From the IMG/VR virus record IMGVR_UViG_3300025011_000019, positions 32,001-96,000 of that record: a stretch of 64,000 nt of DNA, one strand, 5' to 3'. A program made the position numbers and the translations under genes. The DNA is from a virus. Shown one piece after another: positions 10,992-19,483 of this stretch (position 1 is the stretch's first letter; each line of letters starts with the position of its first letter). Under the pieces are notes generated by a model, which did no database searches, was not told the origin of the DNA, and saw nothing but the letters and a program-made list of their open reading frames with translations.

Positions 10992-11144
10992 ATGAAATAC
11001 GAAGTAACTAAAAAATTCATCGGCGGGATCTTAAAGGGATTAAATCACACTAGCATTACCTCAGTAAAATTCGAAGTTGGATTCACCTGTAGGGATTCAA
11101 TCGGAGGCAGTCCTTATAAAATAATTTCCTGTAATCCAGTGTAA
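10992..11144 (+). CDS. 50-aa hypothetical protein, not in the ORF track
   Basis: Promoter TTGACT-16-TATACT (10924-10951), GAAGGGAG RBS, MKYEVTKKFIGGILKG..., hairpin at 11150-11173. Confidence 0.65.
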   Translation: MKYEVTKKFIGGILKGLNHTSITSVKFEVGFTCRDSIGGSPYKIISCNPV

Positions 11145-11198
11145 ACTAAAAAGGAAGGGTAAAACCTTCCTTTAATAATTTGAAGGAGTGATAAACAA

Positions 11199-11546
11199 AT
11201 GTTTAAACCAGTAACAACCAAACAAACTAATAAAATGTCTCAAAACTATAAAAAATTCATTTCTACACTATTCGGAGTTGAGGCAATCGGAGCCACAAAG
11301 CAAGAAGCTGAACAAAATTTATATGATCTCATTAACTGGAATACAAAGCAATTCAGAAAATACTTTCAGCATGAAAATATAATTGCTATATTATCAAATA
11401 GTCCTTACGATCTTAATCAATATCATTATTCTTATATTCGAGAAGGAAGGGAGTCGGGAACAACCATATTCGATGCAATAAGCGACAAGGAAGCAATAAA
11501 TAAAGCTCAGAGATATTTTGATGAATACATAGGATGTTCAAATTAA
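11199..11546 (+). CDS. Hypothetical protein
   Basis: RBS; terminator at 11545-11570. Confidence 0.7.
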   Translation: MFKPVTTKQTNKMSQNYKKFISTLFGVEAIGATKQEAEQNLYDLINWNTKQFRKYFQHENIIAILSNSPYDLNQYHYSYIREGRESGTTIFDAISDKEAINKAQRYFDEYIGCSN

Positions 11547-11717
11547 GACTCTTAGGAGTCTTTTTCTTTGTCTTGCTATAAAGTTTTACCTTAAACATAT
11601 TCTAGTGCCTAAAAAGTGCCATTATGGGCCTTAAAATTAAATATAATTACTATTTGACGTTTATATTTGTTCTATGGTATTATATCAATAAGAAATAAAT
11701 TCAGGAGGTTATTACTT

Positions 11718-12209
11718 ATGAAAAAATATGATTTCGTAAAAATTCCAAACATCGGCGTAGGTAAAATTGAAAACATTTGGGACAACAAAGACGTTGAAGT
11801 TATTATTTGTGGTACTAAATACTATAGGGATTTAACCGAGGATAGGCCAGACATAGGAAACGTTGAACCTGCCACGGAAAAAGAATACATAGAATTTATT
11901 AAATTCATGGTTAAAGAACTAACCGCAAAGTCTAAAAATAAAAGGAGCGAAGCAACAGAATATAATAAGGAAGTTGATGGAGAAGCCACAAAGCGAAAAG
12001 GAAAAGTAAGTGTAATAAATGGTCAGTATGCTTTTGGATTATGTGAGAATTCAATATCTAGTCATCATAGAGAATTATTGTCTGATGCTAAGAAAGCAAA
12101 GGAGTTAAAAGAAAAACTTAAAAAAGAAATTGCATGGTATAAACATAGGGATAAATTAATAAAAGAGGCTGAAAAGGAAAGAAAGAATAGAGAAAAGAAC
12201 GCAGGGTAA
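11718..12209 (+). CDS. Hypothetical protein
   Basis: Promoter TTGACG-18-TATTAT, AGGAGG RBS, terminator at 12217-12248. Confidence 0.7.
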   Translation: MKKYDFVKIPNIGVGKIENIWDNKDVEVIICGTKYYRDLTEDRPDIGNVEPATEKEYIEFIKFMVKELTAKSKNKRSEATEYNKEVDGEATKRKGKVSVINGQYAFGLCENSISSHHRELLSDAKKAKELKEKLKKEIAWYKHRDKLIKEAEKERKNREKNAG

Positions 12210-12730
12210 ACCATCTAAAGACTAGAAATAAAATTCTAGTCTTTTTTATGTTCATTCAGCCCGATCAACTCATTTCCCCATTTAAATCCTTGACAAACCA
12301 AAAACACACCCACAAAAACGGCCTTTCCTGCCCTCAGATTGTATTACCCTTTATAATCTTACCTAGTATACCTTTTAAACGTCTCAGAATCAAAATACAT
12401 CAATTATCCCTGCTAATCTAGGCTATTTTATCCAAGATCCCATTCAAATCTAAAAATAATATTAATTATATAGTAATACTGAGCAAACAATAGTAATCAA
12501 TAGATAATGTCATATAATCCACTGTAAATAGGCTAAAACATGGTTATTTGAGAGTATACAATATTATTTTAAGTATGTTATACTTAAGAGTACCATAAAT
12601 ACAAAAATAAATTGAAAGGAGATAGAGAGATTTTAATTAATATTTTTGGTTATACATAAGTAGGTTTTTATTGATAATGGGATAATGGGTTGATAAATAA
12701 AATTATAAAAAGAAAGAGGATGAATAATTA

Positions 12731-13786
12731 ATGCCAAAATTAGTATCTTATGAAGAAAATCACAGAATTAATGAAAATGAAGAATTGGAAAAGTTATGCA
12801 GTAAACATTATATCTATTTCCCTGAAGAAAGTTCTTGGTTTCCTTGTAATGATAAATATTTTAATAAAAATCCAACAAATACTAAAGACGGCTTAAATGG
12901 ACTATGTAAAAAATGTTTAGGTAAAAATAGTAAAAAATACAATAAACCTAAAAAACCTAAAAACATAATACCAGAAAGATTACAACAAACTTATGAAAAT
13001 ATGAGACAAAGATGCTACAATCCTAATGCAAAAAGTTATAAATATTATGGGGATAAAGGAGTTATTATTTGTGATGAATGGTTAAAAGATAGAAAAACTT
13101 TTTATAATTGGGCTTTGTCTAATGGTTATGAAGAAAATCTAACTATTGATAGAAAAGATACTAACGGAAATTACGAACCAAATAATTGTAGATGGATAAC
13201 TCATAAAGAGCAACAAAACAATAAAACAAATAACGTATTTATTGAACACGAAGGGGAAGTAAAAACAGTATCACAATGGAGTGAAGAAACTGGAATTAGT
13301 GGTAACTCTATAAAAGGAAGATATGAGAAAGGGAAAAATATTATGGAAGATTATTTCCACATAAAAATAAGTATAAACGGAGAGATAAAAACACTAATAG
13401 AATTATCGGAAGAATATGAAATACCATATTCAGCAATGTTAGATAGATACCACAAAGGCTGTAGTTCAGAAGATTTAATTAGGGATCTTGAACCAAGAGA
13501 GACTAAACATATAGAAATTAACGGAGAAATACATACGATTACGGAATGGGCCGAAATTTCAGGTCTAACAAGAGAAATAATTATAAATAGAATAGCTTAT
13601 GGATGGAATATAAATGATTTATTAAAACCTAGAACAAGAGAGGGTAGAAAGAAGTATATAGAAATAAATGGGACTAGTCACACAGTTCCAGAATGGTGTG
13701 ATATTATTGGAATAAGTCCTGTTGGAATGTATAATAGAATTAAGAAAGGACTAAAAGGAAATGATTTATTAGCACCAGCAAAGTAA
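12731..13786 (+). CDS. HNH homing-type endonuclease with four C-terminal DNA-binding repeats
   Basis: MRQRCYNPN...YG.KG..ICDEW...LTIDRKDTNGNYEPNNCRW; repeats of IEINGE.KT..EW......I..R; N-terminal Cys motif. Confidence 0.85.
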   Translation: MPKLVSYEENHRINENEELEKLCSKHYIYFPEESSWFPCNDKYFNKNPTNTKDGLNGLCKKCLGKNSKKYNKPKKPKNIIPERLQQTYENMRQRCYNPNAKSYKYYGDKGVIICDEWLKDRKTFYNWALSNGYEENLTIDRKDTNGNYEPNNCRWITHKEQQNNKTNNVFIEHEGEVKTVSQWSEETGISGNSIKGRYEKGKNIMEDYFHIKISINGEIKTLIELSEEYEIPYSAMLDRYHKGCSSEDLIRDLEPRETKHIEINGEIHTITEWAEISGLTREIIINRIAYGWNINDLLKPRTREGRKKYIEINGTSHTVPEWCDIIGISPVGMYNRIKKGLKGNDLLAPAK

Positions 13787-13796
13787 TTAAATAAAA

Positions 13797-13834
13797 GACA
13801 AAAAGACTAAGTATAAATATCTAGTCTTTTTGTC
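13797..13834 (+). terminator. Intrinsic terminator, possibly bidirectional
   Basis: gacaaaaagacta...tagtctttttgtc. Confidence 0.75.
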
Positions 13835-13912
13835 TTCAGAAGCTTTAAATTGTTTATAAAATATCTACAATAAAATAGGACTCCATAAACAAGTAATATA
13901 TAAAAGTTTTCC

Positions 13913-13941
13913 TTGACTTATTTAGTTCATTACTATAAAAT
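13913..13941 (+). promoter_or_regulatory. sigmaA promoter of the long leader operon
   Basis: TTGACT-17-TAAAAT. Confidence 0.7.
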
Positions 13942-14106
13942 AGGGAACATAAGAGGGAGCAAACAAAAACCTCTTAGCACTTAGAAAAGTCAACTATTCA
14001 CTTGAATCGAAAAATAAATGTACATAAGGAGGGCCAACAATCACAAAGTATCTTGTGGCGTGACTAGGAAAACAACCTAGCATGAATTCTTTAAAAAGAG
14101 TTGAGA

Positions 14107-14124
14107 TGATCTTTGAAAACTGAA
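14107..14124 (+). promoter_or_regulatory. rRNA-type boxA antitermination element
   Basis: TGATCTTTGAAAACTGAA matches the Firmicutes rrn boxA (TCTTTGAAAACT); a second boxA-like GCACTTAGAAAAGTCAA at 13977-13993 follows a hairpin. Confidence 0.7.
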
Positions 14125-14489
14125 TTAAGAGACTAGCCAGCCAACACTTGTCAAATAACATACATTAGAGTATTCTATCTTAGAATATCCTCTGAGGGTT
14201 ATAATCAAGAACGTGGTAAAAAATTCGAGTGCGATATGGGCTAGTATAAATTTCTTTTATCTTATCTAATTCTCTATCCTTTCTAAATTCTAGCATATGG
14301 GATATTCCCTCTATATCAAAATTTTCTTAACAGCGTCCCTTAGTCGAATGATGATCTAAGACAGCCAAAAGAAAATAAAGATACACGGAATACAAAATAT
14401 GTTAGATTTTATAAAGGATAGAGGAAAGGATAAAAACATTCTAGGGATATGCTCCTGTTAGTGCCTACTCAAAAGGAGTATGATAATTT

Positions 14490-14765
14490 ATGATAGCTTT
14501 AATTTCTTCTGATTATATCGTTAAAAATCACTTCGAGGAAATTGTGGATAATTTTCCTCAATTAAAGGTATTCAATACTAACGATGAAATAATCAGAAAC
14601 GAAGAAAATTATAACCAATTCGATCAAATTTGTTTTTGTAATTTCGAAATAACAGCCTACACTTCTATGAAAATTTCGAAATATGCTCCAGAAAAGAAAA
14701 TACAATTTTCTGATTTATACAGTTTGAAAAATTATCTTTGCAAATTAAAAAACATTCTTAACTAA
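14490..14765 (+). CDS. 91-aa hypothetical protein looped out by a 26-bp stem
   Basis: AAAAGGAG RBS; flanked by the inverted repeat 14443-14468/14776-14801. Confidence 0.65.
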   Translation: MIALISSDYIVKNHFEEIVDNFPQLKVFNTNDEIIRNEENYNQFDQICFCNFEITAYTSMKISKYAPEKKIQFSDLYSLKNYLCKLKNILN

Positions 14766-15049
14766 AAATTAAAATGTAGGCATTAACAAAAGCATATCCC
14801 TTAAGCAAAAAAAGAGAGAATTAACCTAAAACATTCTACTAAATCCCTTCAGTTTATTCATTATTACTATTTAATCATAACAATTGCTTTAAACTTGCAT
14901 AACAAAATTAAAATGCAGGTTGTTGTAATTTAATGCTAAATTGTCTATGCTATAGGCTGAAGGGATTGAATTTTCCATAAGGTGTGAGCTTATAACAATT
15001 GGAGTTTAGACCTTGTGCAAAAATTTAAGAATGAAAGAGGTTGTGTAAA

Positions 15050-15637
15050 ATGGCAAAGGTAAGAGAATTAAAACTTTACACTTTAGAAACTACTAATTAT
15101 CTCGCAGTGGTAGAAGCTCATACAAAAGCTGAAGCCATCGAAAAAAGTGATTTCACAAAAAGTCAAGTAATTGTCAGGGAGGCCACGGAAGAAGATATAA
15201 ACTATTTAAAAGCAATGGGAGGGTATATAGTTAGGTAAAATCATAATCCATTAAAAAAGACAATTTATGGGAAATGAAGTGCTTTATAATACTGGATTAT
15301 AGAGCACTTTGAATTTTATTAAACTATGTACTAAGCAAAAATAATTAGTTTGTATTTTAGTAAAATAAAAGGAGTGGTCAGAATGACAAAAGATACCATT
15401 CAGGCACTAAATGAAAACAAACGATTCACTATAACCATGATGAATAAAAATGGTTATACAGTCATGAGAAAATTTTCTACCATTCAATCCTGCAAGACCT
15501 TTGCAAAACATTTTCCTTTGTCTGTATTCTTCGCTTGGATTTATGACAAGTCAAAGGACGCTATAATAATGCAAAATAATTATAGCGACAAGTTATATAA
15601 ATGTAACGAAGAATCATTTATTCCTTATTGGTGTTAG
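15050..15637 (+). CDS. Two small hypothetical proteins (about 15050-15238 and 15383-15637)
   Basis: RBSs; each is preceded by a hairpin. Confidence 0.65.
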
Positions 15638-15731
15638 CCCCTTAAAGTTTGTTTGCCTCTAGCAACAAAATCAAAATAACAGCATAAAAATTTTGTTGCT
15701 AGTGTCGAGTAAATTAGAAGGAGTGGTTAAA

Positions 15732-16955
15732 ATGGCAAGAAGAAAACCAACCACAATGTCATGGAATATCAAGCAAATTAACACTATGATCAATAAGGGA
15801 ACAATCCTCTTTACTCATCCTTTACAACGTCCTACGGGCCAATGGGAGCAAGCAGACAAATCCTTATTAGTTGATTCTCTTTTAACCCTCTATTGTCCAG
15901 ATTGTTTCGCCATCAAGGAAAAGACAGAGAATGGAAATACATACAGCATCATTGATGGTCTTCAAAGGTTATCGACTATTCATGAACTTCTAGCAGACAA
16001 ATTAACTATGACAGAATTAGAAGACTTTTGCCTAGACGCTACCGGAAATGAAGTCTATAACATTTCAGGCAAAACATGGTCACAATTTCCCGAAGAAGTT
16101 CAAAACGAAATAATGGGTTATACTTTAGGTCTTAAAGTTTTTGAAATCGAAGAGGGAGACGACGAAGAGTCAATCATTGAAGAAATCTTTTACCGCCTTA
16201 ATAACGGTAAAGGAATGTCACTAGAGCATAAAGCACTAGTAAAAGCTAGTCATAAGGTGCAAAAGTTTGTTCACAGAATTGCGACAGAACACAAATTATT
16301 CACCAACAGTGCAAAGTATTCTGAAAAAGCGGTTAAAAAATCAGATATTCCAATGACCATTATGCAAGCAATTCTTCTTATCTCAAGGTTAGATTATCCT
16401 AGCCTAGCAGCAAAGGACATTGAACTGGTATTCTCAAAGAATGAAATAACAGATCAAGTCCTAGCACTTGTGGAAAAATCCTTTGACTTAATTGCTACAG
16501 CATTTCCAGAACAGCATAAATTTGTTACAAAAATCAACATTGTTTCAATGGCCTATTTGTTTGCTAATAGTCTTAATCATGATCAAACAATTGTTAATCT
16601 TTTGAGATATGTTAATCAAGAGATTAAACCAGGGGACGCTTATAAAGGATATACTGGCTCTGGTAATGTTAAAAAAGAAAAAACCATTAATAGACTTAAA
16701 GGTATTCTTAAATTATGCGGTGTTAATGACATTGGATTACCGATAGTGGAAGAAGTCGAAGTTGAGCAAAAATTAGAACAAGAAATAATTGTTGAAGAAC
16801 AACCGCAACAAACTGAAAACCTTGATTCTGCTATAACAGTGACCCCAGAAGAGTTCAGCGAAAATCAAGAAGAGCAACCGGAAGAAAATGAAACATCAGA
16901 CCAAAACCAAGAAGATGCTCAAGCAATTCTAAACATCATTGACAATGTTGCTTAA
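15732..16955 (+). CDS. DUF262 (ParB-like, GmrSD N-terminal type) protein with an acidic tail
   Basis: LQR...W...KSLLVDSLL, IIDGLQRLSTI and IFYRLNNG motifs; AGGAG RBS before ATG 15732. Confidence 0.8.
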   Translation: MARRKPTTMSWNIKQINTMINKGTILFTHPLQRPTGQWEQADKSLLVDSLLTLYCPDCFAIKEKTENGNTYSIIDGLQRLSTIHELLADKLTMTELEDFCLDATGNEVYNISGKTWSQFPEEVQNEIMGYTLGLKVFEIEEGDDEESIIEEIFYRLNNGKGMSLEHKALVKASHKVQKFVHRIATEHKLFTNSAKYSEKAVKKSDIPMTIMQAILLISRLDYPSLAAKDIELVFSKNEITDQVLALVEKSFDLIATAFPEQHKFVTKINIVSMAYLFANSLNHDQTIVNLLRYVNQEIKPGDAYKGYTGSGNVKKEKTINRLKGILKLCGVNDIGLPIVEEVEVEQKLEQEIIVEEQPQQTENLDSAITVTPEEFSENQEEQPEENETSDQNQEDAQAILNIIDNVA

Positions 16956-17054
16956 TCATTAAATAATTGTATCTGGAAGCTAGACAATAACAATGTTAAC
17001 TTGCTATTGTCTAGCATTCGAGGTAAAGTTATTATATTCAAAGGAGGTCAAACA

Positions 17055-19326
17055 ATGCAATTCTTAACCCACTACGAGCGTTATAACGTGTCAAAATGGG
17101 AGCAACGTCAAATCATGCCACAATCTAATTTTATAGCCTTAAACAATTCATTTATGAACCACAATTCTTCTCTAATCGGTTTCCAAATTGAACATGAAGA
17201 AAAACGAGTACATTATTCAGTTAGTAATATGTTTCTCGAAAGGTTGCAAGCTCAATTCCCTGATAACTGGCTTGATATTCTAAATGACGGTATGGTTTAT
17301 GAGTTCAAACAGTGGGAGCGTGGTATTTATTCTAATATGTATCAAGAGGGATTTTTTAGTTAGTAAAATACATTACCTAAACTAAAAAATAATTATTTAG
17401 AGAATTAGCCTTAATTCTCTTCTAAGTTCATGAAAAAAGTGATATAATATATATCATAAGGCTATGAAATTAGAAGGCAATTGTGGAAAATATCTATAAC
17501 AGTTGGCCTAGAATAAATCAAAGGAGCGTGTATATTATGCAAAAAGTAACTGAAGCAGAATTCCAAAACCTTTTAAACCAAAATAACTATTCTTTAAAAG
17601 GTCTTGAAAATTATGAAATTGTTCCAGACTTCACACCTGTCGGAAACAAAATTATTGATTCATGTTTACATTCAAGGGTTAAAGATTGTGGAAGTACATT
17701 ATACTTTGGAGGCTATACTAATTCAGGTTGTTACTCATTCCAAATTATGGTCAATAAATCCTATAACACGACTGCACTATTCGTTGACGGATACAGGGCA
17801 GTATTGACTGACAATGATTCCCATAACATTTACACTTATTGCGAAGGTGATATTTCTGTTGAATCGTTCGGAAGTATCGAAGAATATCAAGTAGGAATTG
17901 CTGAAGCACTAGAATTTTATGAGGTTAATTAATAAAGGAGAGTGGACGCTAAATGATCACAATTATTAAATTAACCCATACCCTAGATGAAATCAAACCT
18001 AAATTTGATAACTGGAATGAACTTTCCAAAACTCAAAGAGATTTTCTTGAATCCTATAACGAATTCAGAATAACAAATTATGGTCAAGAAATGCTAGTAT
18101 ATGAAGGAAGACAAATTATTGCTAGTTGTTCAACATCAATAACTTATCATGATAAAATAGTTATTGACAGCATATGGACAAAAGAAGGTAAAATATTATA
18201 ACCATTCTTTATCTCGACAGTGGGCAGGTAACATTATAACAATAACAAATGTTATTTGCCTAGTTTCGAAATTAAGAAAAGGAAGTGTATTTTAATGAAA
18301 AATTTTGTAATTAATAACGTGAATATGATTAAAGAAGATTTTTCGCAAATGATTAACTATGTAGGGTCAAGAGCTATAGCATTGTCCGAAGTAGAAGAAG
18401 GTATTGCAATTAATACTTCTAGCCCTTCAAACGAAAAAGATGTTCATAGTAGTATTGTGTTTTTCTTTGAAAAATGGAATAATGCTTATAAATTAGATTA
18501 TGAAAGGAAAGACATATTGATTACTTGGAGGGAATAACCCGACCAAACACGAATTTTAAGCTAAATATGAAAGGAAGTTTTTGGAATGTATGAAATTAAT
18601 GTATCTTTAAACGGTTATCATTTATTTGCTACTCATGAAAGGTCTCTAACCAATGAAAATATGTTTAAACATGCGTTAGAAATTTTCAAAGAAAAATTTC
18701 CAGAATCAGAAGGTTATCAAATATCAGCTTCCTTATTGCAACCTAGAACTAGTAAAATATTAGATATTAATAAATTTTAACATGAAATCTAATTTTGATT
18801 GTATGGAAATAGGGCGAAGTGATATAACAATAACAGGACTTCGCCTTGATTCGAGACTATTAAAATTAGAAGGAGAGTGTTTTAGATTATGAACGCAATG
18901 GCAGAAGCATTAAATAAGGCGCAAATAAAAGCAAATGATTTTGAGGATAAACAAGTCGATGAGAAAGCAATTGAAGCAGAAATGCAAATTGATTTTCTCG
19001 AAACATGGTTGAAATTACTTGAAAGAAATGCTTCTGAAAAGGAAAAGTATAACTTTGTGATAAAGCATGGTTTTGTATCAGTTTTACAATTTAACCTGCA
19101 TATGTCATGCATGGAAGATGTTCATAACCTGAAGGATATCTTAGATGATATTCGATATGATATTTCAGCCAGTGAAATTGCAGAACGTGAAAAAGAAATA
19201 ACAGAGAAAGAGGCAATGGCAAAGAATATCAAGAACTTGTTTTATTACAAAATGATTCTAAGGGGTTTAGGTAAAAAGGATATTACTCCTTATGGAGAGG
19301 ATATTTTGAAAAGAAAACTAACATAA
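17055..19326 (+). CDS. Six small hypothetical proteins (17055-17363, 17537-17932, 17953-18201, 18295-18537, 18586-18780, 18889-19326)
   Basis: Each has an RBS; several are preceded by ATAACA hairpins. Confidence 0.7.
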
Positions 19327-19483
19327 AACCAAACTTTTATATGACAGAGCGAGAAATAAAAATAATTTATCTCGCTCTGTGTGCTTTAATTATTCTCTAG
19401 ACCGTGATATAATGTAAATATAAAATATTACGGTTTGGAGAGCATTTAAAACTCTCTTAAAATCTAAAAGGAGCGTGTTACAT

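Larger units (their letters stand above)
13948..15014 (+). ncRNA. Structured leader RNA of about 1 kb with a boxA and an embedded ORF
   Basis: Stems 13950-13976, 14132-14245, 14255-14435, 14443-14801, 14842-14967 and 14979-15014, with G-U pairs on the + strand. Confidence 0.65.

Noticed and set aside
14107-14480. rRNA or tRNA gene after the boxA
   Set aside because: No 16S, 23S or 5S conserved sequence and no cloverleaf with a T-loop was found.
13948-15014. Group I or II intron with a loop-encoded ORF
   Set aside because: No interrupted host gene, no recognisable P7 or domain V core, and the ORF lacks endonuclease or reverse transcriptase motifs. A covariance search is still advisable.
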